From Promethearchaeota archaeon (lineage in GTDB: Archaea > Asgardarchaeota > Lokiarchaeia > Sigyniarchaeales > SOKP01), in NCBI GenBank assembly GCA_048940445.1, contig JBHLON010000013.1, positions 1 to 64,000 on the forward strand: a stretch of 64,000 nt of DNA. The letters are read 5' to 3'. The notes beneath the pieces were generated by a model. It searched no databases, was not told the origin of the DNA, and worked only from the letters and a program-made list of their open reading frames with translations. Positions 49,352 to 60,178 of the stretch are shown piece by piece. A program made the position numbers and the translations under genes. The number at the start of each line of letters is the position of its first letter. The first letter of the stretch is position 1.

Positions 49352-49948
49352 TTAATACCTTAGGCTTTCATTAACATTTCCATAGTCATTTGCTAATTTT
49401 CTAGTTTCCACATTACCACATCTACTGCATCGTAATTTATTATGACCAATCTTTTCAAGATTTGTACCACAAATTACACAATCAGCATGGATAACACCCA
49501 AATTATTTCCAACGGTGCTTAATTTAAACTCATTTGTAGTTTGTTCGATTACTTTAGCACGAAGAACATCAGTTATTTGAAAGGCATCTGAAATTTTTTC
49601 TACATATTTATGTGAGATCTGTGAAACATGAATATTACCAAAATAAGAACTATTAAAGTGAAGTTTGTTATTTATTGTATGGAAATTTAATCCAATAGAA
49701 TATTGTCTTAAAAAAAGTACAGTTCCTATAACAATGTCACCAATTTTTACTGTTTTTCGATTTTCTTCTTGATGGCTTTTAATTTCAATTTCTTTTTTAT
49801 TTTTGTCAATTAAAATAATACCCGTTTTTGTAGCATAGATTTTGCCATCCTTTATATAAGAAGATTGCTTATCGGGAAGGAATTCTTCAACGACGCCTAA
49901 ATATTGACCAGTAATAACGATATCCTTATTTTCAATTTCTTTTTTCAT
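49352..49948 (-). CDS. csl4: Exosome RNA-binding subunit Csl4
   Basis: LG..EEFLP, S1 domain, and C..C..C..CG..E.RKLA zinc ribbon. Confidence 0.93.
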   Translation of the reverse strand: MKKEIENKDIVITGQYLGVVEEFLPDKQSSYIKDGKIYATKTGIILIDKNKKEIEIKSHQEENRKTVKIGDIVIGTVLFLRQYSIGLNFHTINNKLHFNSSYFGNIHVSQISHKYVEKISDAFQITDVLRAKVIEQTTNEFKLSTVGNNLGVIHADCVICGTNLEKIGHNKLRCSRCGNVETRKLANDYGNVNESLRY

Positions 49949-50060
49949 ATATTTCAAAACATTCTTTTAATTTCTCTATTTAATTATTATTAAATAAATT
50001 AATTAAATTTATCCTTACTAATTTATAAAAAGTCTAACTAAATCTGAGTTTCAGGCGTTA

Positions 50061-50708
50061 ATAATTAAGAAAAAAGAAATAAGTTCTATTATTCAAAAGA
50101 CAACTACATTTTCTGATCCCAAAATCGAATTAGAGCAGTATTGTATTGATGCAGTTAGTGCTGTAGATATTGCTTTTTTTGCTGGGTTTGAATTTAATGA
50201 TATTACAGATAACTTGATTTTTGATTTTGGTGCTGGAACAGGAAGATTATCTATTGCTTCTGCCTACTTTCTACCAAAATATGTTATAAGTATTGACATT
50301 GATTTTTTAGCATTAAAAATCCTTAAAGAAAATATTGATAGACTTCAATTGGATCACATTATATTTCCTTTATGTGGTGATATCAAAAATTTAGAACTTT
50401 CTAAACAATTTTTGTCAAAAATTAAAAGAATTACTACAATTATGAATCCTCCTTTTGGAGTGCAAACGAGTAGAGCTGATAGGAGTTTTTTAAAGAAAGC
50501 ATTTGAATTTTCTGATGTGGTATACTCAATTCATTTAGCCAATGAAAAAGTGCATAATTTTATTGTAAACTTTATAAAAGTTTCAAATTGGCAAATTGAT
50601 TATTATTTTCCTTTTAAATTAAAGCTTGATAAAACTTATGAATTTCACAGTCAAAAAACAAAAAAAATTGATGTAACGATTTATAGATTTATAAAAACAC
50701 GTTATTAA
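50061..50708 (+). CDS. METTL5-family rRNA m6A methyltransferase; probable ATA/ATT start at 50061-50064
   Basis: DFGAGTG and MNPPFG motifs. The family N-terminal motif FSDPKIELEQY is in frame upstream of the track start (50214). Confidence 0.85.
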   Translation: MIKKKEISSIIQKTTTFSDPKIELEQYCIDAVSAVDIAFFAGFEFNDITDNLIFDFGAGTGRLSIASAYFLPKYVISIDIDFLALKILKENIDRLQLDHIIFPLCGDIKNLELSKQFLSKIKRITTIMNPPFGVQTSRADRSFLKKAFEFSDVVYSIHLANEKVHNFIVNFIKVSNWQIDYYFPFKLKLDKTYEFHSQKTKKIDVTIYRFIKTRY

Positions 50709-50730
50709 GCATTCAATCAATCTCTTTTAT

Positions 50731-52035
50731 CTACTGATATTCTTTCCAAGAAGAAAAATTTTCGGGATAAAAGGCATTATTACCTAAAAATTCTTCGATC
50801 CTTAACAACTGATTATATTTGCTTGTCCTGTCACTACGACATGGCGCTCCACTTTTGATTTGTCCAGAACATAATCCAACTGCCAAATCTGCTATAAAAG
50901 GATCTTCAGTTTCACCAGATCGATGTGAAACCATTACATTAAATCCATTTCTAAATGCTAGTTGACATGCTTTTATAGCTTCAGATAAAGTTCCAATTTG
51001 GTTTACTTTAAGCAATAAAGCATTTCCTGCTTTCTCATCAATTGCTTTTTGCAATAATCTAATATTAGTAACAGTTATATCATCACATACTATTTGAATT
51101 GTTTTATCCAATTTTGCTGTAAGATTTGTAAATCCTCTAAATGATTTTTCATCAAAAGGGTCTTCAATCGATTTTAAAGGATAATCGTGGAGTAAATCAA
51201 GATAAAACTGTAATAATTCTTCTTCACGTAGTTTTTTCCCATCGATTGAGTATATATCTTCTTTAAAAAATTCACTTGCTGCAGCATCCATTCCTAATAC
51301 GAAATCAGTTCCCATTAGAAATCCAGCCTCCTCAATAGCATCAATAATAACATCAAATGCATCTCTTGTTTCAGAAAGATTAGGTGCAAACCCGCCTTCA
51401 TCACCAACATTAATAGCAGACTTACCAAATTTTTCATTTAATAACTCTTTTAAGGTTTGATAAACCTCAACTACATTTTGAATTGCTTTTGAAAAATTAT
51501 GCGCACCAATAGGTAATATCATAAACTCTTGTACTGCTAAATTGTTTCCTGCATGCTTTCCTCCATTAATAATATTACAGCAAGGAATTGGCATTAAAAA
51601 TCTGGTATTTGATTTATTATGACTTAATTCATATATATATGAAAATAAAGGTTTATTTAACATTTCAGCTGCCAACTTAGCTGCGCTAAGAGAAACAGAT
51701 AAAATAGCATTTGCACCAATTTTACTTTTATTTTCTGTTCCGTCTATAGAAATCATTTTGTTATCTAATTTTTGTTGCTCCCTTACATCAAAACCAAGTA
51801 ACTTTTTTCCTAGAATCTCGTTGACATTTCTCACAGCTTTGGTTACATGACGCCCCAAAAAAGCTTTTCCTCCGTCTCGAAGTTCTAATGCCTCTAAAAC
51901 TCCTGTTGAGGCCCCTGAAGGAACTGCTGAACGCGCAAACCCATTCTTTGTATAAACCTCAGTTTCAACTGTAGGATTACCGCGAGAGTCAAGAATCCAC
52001 CTTGATTTTATTTTATTTATTAAAAAATCTGACAT
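50731..52035 (-). CDS. eno: Enolase
   Basis: DSRGNPTVE, VPSGASTG, GDEGGFAP and SHRSGETED motifs. Confidence 0.99.
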   Translation of the reverse strand: MSDFLINKIKSRWILDSRGNPTVETEVYTKNGFARSAVPSGASTGVLEALELRDGGKAFLGRHVTKAVRNVNEILGKKLLGFDVREQQKLDNKMISIDGTENKSKIGANAILSVSLSAAKLAAEMLNKPLFSYIYELSHNKSNTRFLMPIPCCNIINGGKHAGNNLAVQEFMILPIGAHNFSKAIQNVVEVYQTLKELLNEKFGKSAINVGDEGGFAPNLSETRDAFDVIIDAIEEAGFLMGTDFVLGMDAAASEFFKEDIYSIDGKKLREEELLQFYLDLLHDYPLKSIEDPFDEKSFRGFTNLTAKLDKTIQIVCDDITVTNIRLLQKAIDEKAGNALLLKVNQIGTLSEAIKACQLAFRNGFNVMVSHRSGETEDPFIADLAVGLCSGQIKSGAPCRSDRTSKYNQLLRIEEFLGNNAFYPENFSSWKEYQ

Positions 52036-52146
52036 TTTTTCTCTAAATTTTTCATAATTTATTATTACTAATATAAAAAGAAAATTTAATTCTTAAATAG
52101 TATTTTTAAATATTATAATATTTTTAACCAAAGTTTTCCTTTTAGT

Positions 52147-53118
52147 ATGTCTGTTGAAAACCGTCCATGGGTTGAAAAATATCGTCCAAGAAGACTAAAT
52201 GAAATTGTAAATCAAAAAGGAATTATTAATCGACTTCAACAATTTATAAAAGATAGATCTATGCCTCATCTGATTTTTGCTGGTCCTGCAGGTATAGGCA
52301 AAACAACCTCAGCATTAACAATAGTTAGAGAACTATTTGGAAGAAAAATGGCGATAAATAGGACATATTTAGAATTAAATGCAAGTGATGCTCGAGGAAT
52401 TGAAGTTATTAGAACTTATATTAAAGATTTTGCTAAAACAAGACCACCTGCTGATATTCCTTTTAAAATACTAATATTAGATGAAGCTGATAATATGACT
52501 GCACCGGCTCAACAAGCTCTTAGAAGAACTATGGAAAAATATACGGAGAACTGTAGAATGATTTTGATTTGTAATTATTCCAATAAAATTATCCCTCCTA
52601 TTCAATCGAGATGTGTAGTTTTTAGATTCTCATCTTTAAGTAGTGATGATATTAAACAGAGACTAAAATTTATAGCAAAAGAAGAAAATATTACTATAAC
52701 CAACGATGGATTGAATGCATTAGTAGATGTTTCAAAAGGAGATTGTAGAAGAGGAATTAATTACTTGCAATCTTGTTCTACAATTTCCCAGAAAGTAGAT
52801 CAAGATGTCGTTTATCGAGTCGCTGGAGAAGTACCTCATGAACGAATAAGAAAAGTTCTTCAAACAGCTATTCAAGGTCAGCTAGAATCTTCCATAAAAC
52901 TAATAAATGATTTAACTGAAGAATATGGCCTTTCAGGGATAAATATAATTAAGAATATTCATAGAGAAATATATGATTTAAACATATCTGAAGAACTAAA
53001 AATAGAACTCTCAAAATTATTAGCTGAATTTGAATATCGAATAAGTCAAGGAGCCACGGAAGAAATTCAAATTAAAGCACTCCTAGCCAACATTGTCATG
53101 TTGCAAGATATGAAATAA
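52147..53118 (+). CDS. rfcS: Replication factor C small subunit
   Basis: PWVEKYRP, GPAGIGKT, ELNASD, DEAD and SRC motifs. Confidence 0.98.
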   Translation: MSVENRPWVEKYRPRRLNEIVNQKGIINRLQQFIKDRSMPHLIFAGPAGIGKTTSALTIVRELFGRKMAINRTYLELNASDARGIEVIRTYIKDFAKTRPPADIPFKILILDEADNMTAPAQQALRRTMEKYTENCRMILICNYSNKIIPPIQSRCVVFRFSSLSSDDIKQRLKFIAKEENITITNDGLNALVDVSKGDCRRGINYLQSCSTISQKVDQDVVYRVAGEVPHERIRKVLQTAIQGQLESSIKLINDLTEEYGLSGINIIKNIHREIYDLNISEELKIELSKLLAEFEYRISQGATEEIQIKALLANIVMLQDMK

Positions 53119-53928
53119 TGTTTTTTTTAGATTACTCTCTTGTTCTCTTTGATAAAAATATTGATTCATTCTCTTAATTGACATTTTATCGATTGTAAAT
53201 TGAATACTATTATCATAAATTACATCCCATAATATTAATCCCATAGGATCCGCAGGTTGGTATGAAATATAACTAGAAGTATTAAATAATTCTAAAAATT
53301 CATCAAAATTGAATTGATTCATCCCAATTTCAACCAATTTTTTAACCATTCTTCTAACTTGCTGTCTTAGGAAAGATTTACTTTTGAAATGAAAAATTAG
53401 ACTATTTTCCTTTAAGTTAGCAGAAGCTGTATTTAATGTTCTTATTGTATCAATATTCTTCTTATCTCTCTTTGAGAAATTCTGAAAATTGTGGTTCCCT
53501 TCAAGTTGTTTGCATGCTTGACTTATGAGATCGAGATTGAGAGAAGCTTTATTCTCTAAAGGTAAGATATATTTATAATAACGATATACAGCATCAAATC
53601 GTGAAGAAAATTCTAATGGAACCTTAGTATATCCCCATAATCCAATGTCATATGGTAATACAGAATTCAATTCCATTAATACAGGTTGCCTATTTGTTAT
53701 AGCCGAAAAAGCAGCGCCTCTGGCAGATACCCATTTATCGGTTCTACTCGCTACATCAAAATTAGCTTCGTTAACATCATTTATGTAATTTCTATTTAAA
53801 AGAGCCTTAATTAAAAAACTTTCAATAGTGGGAAAATCTAATTGCCGTTGGGATCCATAAAATTTTTTTGAACCAATATAATAAAATTTAAAAAGAAATT
53901 TTCTCTTTTTTAATGACATAAAATTCAT
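53083..53928 (-). CDS. truA: tRNA pseudouridine(38-40) synthase
   Basis: YGSQRQ, SRTD..VSA, H.F.NF and FL.QQVRRMV motifs. Confidence 0.92.
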   Translation of the reverse strand: MNFMSLKKRKFLFKFYYIGSKKFYGSQRQLDFPTIESFLIKALLNRNYINDVNEANFDVASRTDKWVSARGAAFSAITNRQPVLMELNSVLPYDIGLWGYTKVPLEFSSRFDAVYRYYKYILPLENKASLNLDLISQACKQLEGNHNFQNFSKRDKKNIDTIRTLNTASANLKENSLIFHFKSKSFLRQQVRRMVKKLVEIGMNQFNFDEFLELFNTSSYISYQPADPMGLILWDVIYDNSIQFTIDKMSIKRMNQYFYQREQESNLKKTLFHILQHDNVG

Positions 53929-54064
53929 GAAAATGATAAATTGTTATAATATCAAGACCGTTGAATATATTAAAAAATAATCTTTTAATGATAAGGATTT
54001 TTTTTATATCTAAGTTTACTTTGATATTGATTTATTGTTAAATAAAAGAATTTAAAGTAAAAAA

Positions 54065-57000
54065 ATGGTTAAAGTTATATCTTCTATCAAAAACTTAAAG
54101 GATCGCCTCAGAGCAGGTATCACAATTACATCTCAGAACGTCTTATTCTTCACGGCTCTCTTATTAGTTATAATATTAGCAATTGTAATTAGATTATCAC
54201 CAATTTTTCAGGGGAACAATTTAATTAAAGCATTTGATCCTTGGATGCAATATTATAATGCTAATTATCTCTCTCAACATTCATTATATGACTATTTCCA
54301 CTGGCATGATTATAAAAGTTGGTTTCCTCAAGGATTTGATCGATTTAATCTACGACCTGGTTTAACTTTTACTGTAGTCTTAATTTATAATTTCTTTAAC
54401 TCTTTAGGAGTATCCATTTCCTTGTATGACATTTGCTTTTACTTCCCTGCATTTATGGGTGGGTTAACTGTATTTGCGATATATTTGTTAGGAAAAGAAA
54501 CATTAAATCGACAACTGGGTCTAGTTGCAGCATTTTTTCTTGCATTTAATCCAGGCTATATGCAGCGTACAGTTGCTGGATTTTTTGATAATGAAACCAT
54601 TGGGGTTTTTGCATGTATAATGACGCTTTATTTCTTTATAAAAGCTATTCGAACCGGTAAACTCACCCATGCCATTTTAGGAGGTCTCTTTTTAGGCTAT
54701 TTGTCTCTTAGTTGGGGAGGCTATTATTTTGTTTATTATCTATTACCAATAACTTGCTTTATATTAATTCTTACGAAAAAGTATAATTCTCATGTTTTAA
54801 TAGCCTATGCAGGAGTAGAAGGAGTAGGATTACTTACTTTTATGTTATATACCAATTTTAAATTTAATTCTTTCTTTTCAGACATCGTATTAGGTGGGAC
54901 ATTCCTTTTCACAATAATACTAGTAGTTTATCATTATATTTATACAAAAAAAAATGAATATCCTGGATTTTATAATAAGTTAATAAATGTAATTAAGTGG
55001 GGAATAATTCCAGTTGTACTGATTGTGGCAATAATTGTTTGGATAGCCCCAGATTTGCTTCCTTTTGGATTTGGTGGAAGACTACGAAGTGTTCTCAGCC
55101 CATTATTACGTAATAGTCTACATTTAACAGCTTCTGTAGCCGAACATGCACCAAGTGCATGGAGCGTATTTTATTATAATACATTAATTCCATTAATGTT
55201 ATTACCGCTCGGTTTATTTTTTCTATTTAGAAGATCTAATGCTGCTGATATATTGTTGATTGTATTACTATTATTTTTGTTCTATTTTACGGGGAGTATG
55301 ATTCGTATAATATTATTATTTGCACCTGCTGCTTGTATAGTTGGCGCGTATGGCTTAGTCAATATTTTAAAAATATTTGGGAGTTTCTATGGAGAAAAAC
55401 GGGCTAGTATAAGTAAAAAAAGAAAACGACAAGTAAAACAGATGGTAGGCAAGTCTGAAGTTGCTGCTGTATATTTTATTGTGGGAATCATGTGTATGGC
55501 TCAAGTTTGGCACGCCTCAAATTATTCAGCTACGCAATTAGGACAAGCCCAGCTAGCTCCTGGAGGATATTATCATGATTGGGAAGAGTCACTTACTTGG
55601 ATGAAGACAAATTTAGCAGGAACAACGGTTGTAGTAAGTTGGTGGGATTACGGATATTGGATTACTGTTCTCGGAAATTGTACTTCAGTAAACGATAATG
55701 GAACAATTAATTCTACCAGAATCGGTCTAACAGGTATGGCATTGATGCAAACGAATGAAATCTATAGTGCTAAAATACTTAAACTTTTAAAAGCAGATTA
55801 TGTTCTCGTCTATTTCGGGTTTCTATTTAGTCAATTGGGTGGGGACGAAGGGAAGTGGCCTTGGATGATGCGCATAGCCAATGATCATTACCAAAGATAT
55901 AAAAACTGGGGATTAGAAGAAGATAACTGGGGTCCAAATTCAGTGTTTGTTGAATCTGATCTTTATAATGATACCTCAGGGCGTCCTACGAAACTATGGT
56001 TTCAGTCTCAGATTGTACGATTGATGTTTTGGAATGTTACATCAACACCAATTTCTAATCCTGGAAGTCCTCAGACTTTTGAAGAGTATTATCGAGATCA
56101 GATTAATAGAGTAAGAAAGGATAATGATGGAGATTTTTGGGCAAGTGATCTACCAGAAGATCAAAATGGAGATGGTAAACCAGATTACTATTCTCAAGTA
56201 TTTATACCTTGGTATACTTCTCGAAATGGATTTGTCAAATTATATAAAATAGATTATACTGCGTTAGAATCATCCTTCCAAATTAAAAATCCAGAAGTAT
56301 TTGACTCAGGATTTGCAACTTTCAAACTGAAAAATACAGGTTCGAAAGATTTATCCATCAGAGACGTTGTAATTAATGGTGTATCTTACCCTTATTACCT
56401 TGGAAAGGGTTTGGAAACGAAAATTTTACCTGCAGGCGAAGAAGATTCGGTCTGGGTTGATTTTAAGTCAACTGGTCATTCTTTTAAAAAGAATGATGTA
56501 GTAAATATATCTGTAACCGCTTCTGCTGAATCTTTGCAAAGCGGGAAACAATATCTTTTTTCAAATGCTACGGATAACTTCTTTGTAAAAGAAGCTGTGC
56601 CAAGTAGAATTAAAATAAATGAACAAAATAGTAAAGCCATACAAGTTGATGAAAACGAAGCAGATATTTACCTTGAAGTACAAAATACTGGAGATTCTAT
56701 CGTAATTTTGAATGATTTTTATGCTGATTCTGAAGATAACATTCTGACACAGAAAACTTATTTAAAGGGTTCTCCGATATTAAGTCCTGGAGAAAAGGCA
56801 TATGTTAAAATAACTACGGACCTCTCGTTTTTCCCTTTTGATCAAGAAGGTATAGTTCATAAAATTGGAGTCATCTCCCCCGGTGGGGTAAAAGATGAGA
56901 TTTTTATAGTACCTAATATAGAGAATTACGATATAAGTATGTTACCGCATGATAGAATTATTTCACCAGAGGCTTCAGTTGTAACATCTAGTTCTCTTAG

Positions 57001-58003
57001 AAAATATTTGCCAATTGAATTAGATAAGACAGTTGCTTATACATATGATAACGGGACCACTTTGTTGAATATTTTGGTGAAAAACACAGGAAATATCATT
57101 TTAACACTTGATTCAGTGTATCTTACCCAAACAGGCTCGTGGACAGATGTTGATTTCAAACCTATAGGAGTAGAAGGAAATATTTTACCAAATCAAGAGA
57201 AAACAATAAAAGTCGTAGTTTCAGATTATTTTAATATCGATGTAAATGATGAAATTGGAATAGTTGTTTCAGCCTTATTTAATGGATCAACAAAAGCAGC
57301 GGATGTAGGTTTCATTCAAAGTTTAAATAGCTCAGCAGATATTAAAATTATTAAGAGTGTTCTCGGTACACAAGCTTCCTATATTGCTGCGAATGAAACC
57401 GGGAGACTCTTGATAAAAAATACAGGGACAGAACCTATTAGCCTAAGTAACATCTATCTCAATAAAACGAGTGTACTATCTTTTGCCACTGATGTAACTT
57501 TCTTATATGGAGATGCTGATTTAGGAGTTCAAGAATGTGCCTTGGTATCATTTGATATTCATGATTTCAATATAAACGCTTCAAATACCATTGATATAAA
57601 AATAACTACTAATACCACAGCAACTGATTTTACAACATTTAATGCATATGTAGATTCTTCTCGTTATAATCTTAATATCGAAGACAGTACTAATACAGTT
57701 GCTGATAGGAGTGCTGACCAATTAACAATTAAAATAGTAAACAATGGCTTATTGAATGTTACATTAGATTCTATATACCTAAATAATACATATATCCCCT
57801 TGACCAACTTCAGCTTTATAACTGGAAGTTCATTTGAACTGCAACACTCTGGAGGGTTTATTACTATTTCAATTTCACTTACCGATGTTGAGACATTTCT
57901 GGGATTAGCAACAGGAAGCATTATAAAGGGAGATAAATTAGTAATTTTAGCTCGTACTATTCAAGGTGCTGAGGATACTCATCAAGTAATTGTTCAAGCT
58001 TAA
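54065..58003 (+). CDS. aglB: Oligosaccharyltransferase AglB/STT3 with long C-terminal extension
   Basis: AFDPW, FFDNE, SVAEH, WWDYG, DN.T and DEGK..WM motifs; about 13 TM segments. Confidence 0.95.
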   Translation: MVKVISSIKNLKDRLRAGITITSQNVLFFTALLLVIILAIVIRLSPIFQGNNLIKAFDPWMQYYNANYLSQHSLYDYFHWHDYKSWFPQGFDRFNLRPGLTFTVVLIYNFFNSLGVSISLYDICFYFPAFMGGLTVFAIYLLGKETLNRQLGLVAAFFLAFNPGYMQRTVAGFFDNETIGVFACIMTLYFFIKAIRTGKLTHAILGGLFLGYLSLSWGGYYFVYYLLPITCFILILTKKYNSHVLIAYAGVEGVGLLTFMLYTNFKFNSFFSDIVLGGTFLFTIILVVYHYIYTKKNEYPGFYNKLINVIKWGIIPVVLIVAIIVWIAPDLLPFGFGGRLRSVLSPLLRNSLHLTASVAEHAPSAWSVFYYNTLIPLMLLPLGLFFLFRRSNAADILLIVLLLFLFYFTGSMIRIILLFAPAACIVGAYGLVNILKIFGSFYGEKRASISKKRKRQVKQMVGKSEVAAVYFIVGIMCMAQVWHASNYSATQLGQAQLAPGGYYHDWEESLTWMKTNLAGTTVVVSWWDYGYWITVLGNCTSVNDNGTINSTRIGLTGMALMQTNEIYSAKILKLLKADYVLVYFGFLFSQLGGDEGKWPWMMRIANDHYQRYKNWGLEEDNWGPNSVFVESDLYNDTSGRPTKLWFQSQIVRLMFWNVTSTPISNPGSPQTFEEYYRDQINRVRKDNDGDFWASDLPEDQNGDGKPDYYSQVFIPWYTSRNGFVKLYKIDYTALESSFQIKNPEVFDSGFATFKLKNTGSKDLSIRDVVINGVSYPYYLGKGLETKILPAGEEDSVWVDFKSTGHSFKKNDVVNISVTASAESLQSGKQYLFSNATDNFFVKEAVPSRIKINEQNSKAIQVDENEADIYLEVQNTGDSIVILNDFYADSEDNILTQKTYLKGSPILSPGEKAYVKITTDLSFFPFDQEGIVHKIGVISPGGVKDEIFIVPNIENYDISMLPHDRIISPEASVVTSSSLRKYLPIELDKTVAYTYDNGTTLLNILVKNTGNIILTLDSVYLTQTGSWTDVDFKPIGVEGNILPNQEKTIKVVVSDYFNIDVNDEIGIVVSALFNGSTKAADVGFIQSLNSSADIKIIKSVLGTQASYIAANETGRLLIKNTGTEPISLSNIYLNKTSVLSFATDVTFLYGDADLGVQECALVSFDIHDFNINASNTIDIKITTNTTATDFTTFNAYVDSSRYNLNIEDSTNTVADRSADQLTIKIVNNGLLNVTLDSIYLNNTYIPLTNFSFITGSSFELQHSGGFITISISLTDVETFLGLATGSIIKGDKLVILARTIQGAEDTHQVIVQA

Positions 58004-58129
58004 TTTATTCCTTTTTCATTTTTTCATAAAAATCATAAATTATGCTACATTAGAATATTTATAGTCTTATTGATTATATATTCATTTTATACTTACTTTA
58101 TACTACCTTTTTAATTTGTGATTCATCCT

Positions 58130-60130
58130 ATGAGTATTAGTTTTAACATAAAGTCTGAATTTGTCCCGCAAGGGGATCAACCGTCAGCTATTCAAGCTCT
58201 TAAAGAAGGTATTAAAAATCGAAAACGGTTCCAAACTTTATTAGGAGCGACTGGAACAGGAAAAACTTTTACTATCGCTAATATTATTCAGGAAATACAG
58301 AAACCTACATTAATTATGGCTCCCAATAAAACACTCGCAGCACAACTTTATAATGAATTAAAAGAATTATTTCCTGAAAATGCAGTCCATTATTTTGTTA
58401 GCTATTATGATTACTATCAACCTGAAGCATATTTGCCAGTTACAGGTCAATATATCGAAAAAGATTTTAGTGTAAATGAGGAGATTGAGCGCCTTCGACT
58501 TGCGGCCACTCATGCTATTAGAACTAGAAACGATGTTATTATTGTAGCTACAGTTTCATGTATTTATGGAATAGGCTCTCCTGAAGAATGGGAAAAAGTT
58601 TCAATCTCTTTAAATGTTTCTCAAAGGATTAAACGAAGAGAGATTATTAGAGGTCTTATTAAAATGAATTATGAGAGGAAAGACATCGAGTTTCGACCCG
58701 GGGTTGTAAGAGTTAGAGGCGATATAATCGACATTTTCCCTGCATATCTTGAAACTGCCATTCGAATATCACTTTTTGGAGATGAAATAGAGAGCATTCA
58801 AGAAATTCATCCTATATCAAATGAAGCTATAAAGGAGCTTACCAATTGTAGAATCTTTCCAGCAACTCACTTTATTATCCCAGAAGAAAATAAAGTGAAA
58901 GCTCTAAAATCGATTGAAGAAGAGTTAGAACAACAGATAAAATATTTCATGAATAAAAAAAGATATCCCGAAGCTCAATGGATAGAAAAAAGAGTAAAAT
59001 TTGATCTGGAAATGATGAGAGAAATGGGCTGGTGCAAAGGTATCGAAAATTATTCTAGGCATTTAGATGGCAGACCCCCTGGTTCTCCTCCTATGTGTTT
59101 GATTGATTACTTTCCTGATGACTTCTTAATTGTAGTTGATGAGAGTCATATTACAATACCCCAAATTCATGGGATGGTTGCTGGTGATCGCTCTCGAAAG
59201 CAGAATCTAGTCAAATATGGATGGAGACTTCCTAGCGCTTTTGATAACAGACCTCTTACGTTTGAAGAATGGGAAAGCAAAATAAAATACATTATATTAA
59301 TGAGTGCGACTCCAGGGGATTGGGAACTTAAAAAATCTGAAGGAATTTCAGCAGAACAAATTATTAGACCAACAGGTTTGGTAGATCCTGAAGTTGAGGT
59401 CCGTCCAGCAAAGAATCAAATTGATGATTTGTTAGGGGAAATTCGAAAAGTCATTGATAATAACGGAAGAGTTTTAATTACTACGTTAACTAAAAGGATG
59501 GCGGAAGATATCGCAGAGTATTATTCAGAATTAGGTATTAAGATTTCATATCTTCATTCAGAAGTGGATACTGTTGAAAGATTTGATATTCTAAGACAAC
59601 TAAGAGATGGAACTTTTGATGTAGTAGTAGGTATAAACCTTTTAAGAGAGGGATTAGATTTACCTGAAGTTAAATTAGTTGCTATTTTAGATGCTGATAA
59701 ACTTGGTTTTTTAAGAGATACAAGATCCTTAATTCAAACTATCGGCAGAGCTTCTCGAAATGTAGAAGGGAGAGCAATATTATTTGCGGAAAAAATTACC
59801 CCTGCGATGAAAGCTGCAATTAATGAAACTAATAGAAGGAGAAGGAAACAAGAGAAATTTAATAGAGAAAATAAAATTACACCACAGACGATAAAAAAGA
59901 ATATTCTTAATTCTTTATCTGAAGAACAAGAATTTAAAGAAAAAGAAGTAAAAAGACTAAAAAAAGTAGTGAAGGATAAAGTTAAGGAATTAGAAACAGA
60001 AGGAGATATCGAATTAGTTGTCCAATATCTTGAAAATAAAATGTTTTTAGCTGCTAAAGAACTTAGATTCGAAGATGCAGCATATTTAAGAGATAAAATT
60101 AGAGAATATAAAAAAGATTATGCGGTATAA
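58130..60130 (+). CDS. uvrB: Excinuclease ABC subunit B
   Basis: GATGTGKT, YYDYYQPEAY, DESH and C-terminal UVR (FEDAA.LRD) motifs. Confidence 0.98.
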   Translation: MSISFNIKSEFVPQGDQPSAIQALKEGIKNRKRFQTLLGATGTGKTFTIANIIQEIQKPTLIMAPNKTLAAQLYNELKELFPENAVHYFVSYYDYYQPEAYLPVTGQYIEKDFSVNEEIERLRLAATHAIRTRNDVIIVATVSCIYGIGSPEEWEKVSISLNVSQRIKRREIIRGLIKMNYERKDIEFRPGVVRVRGDIIDIFPAYLETAIRISLFGDEIESIQEIHPISNEAIKELTNCRIFPATHFIIPEENKVKALKSIEEELEQQIKYFMNKKRYPEAQWIEKRVKFDLEMMREMGWCKGIENYSRHLDGRPPGSPPMCLIDYFPDDFLIVVDESHITIPQIHGMVAGDRSRKQNLVKYGWRLPSAFDNRPLTFEEWESKIKYIILMSATPGDWELKKSEGISAEQIIRPTGLVDPEVEVRPAKNQIDDLLGEIRKVIDNNGRVLITTLTKRMAEDIAEYYSELGIKISYLHSEVDTVERFDILRQLRDGTFDVVVGINLLREGLDLPEVKLVAILDADKLGFLRDTRSLIQTIGRASRNVEGRAILFAEKITPAMKAAINETNRRRRKQEKFNRENKITPQTIKKNILNSLSEEQEFKEKEVKRLKKVVKDKVKELETEGDIELVVQYLENKMFLAAKELRFEDAAYLRDKIREYKKDYAV

Positions 60131-60178
60131 GCATAAAAGTTATCATTTATCATAAATATAATAATAAATACTTTTGAT

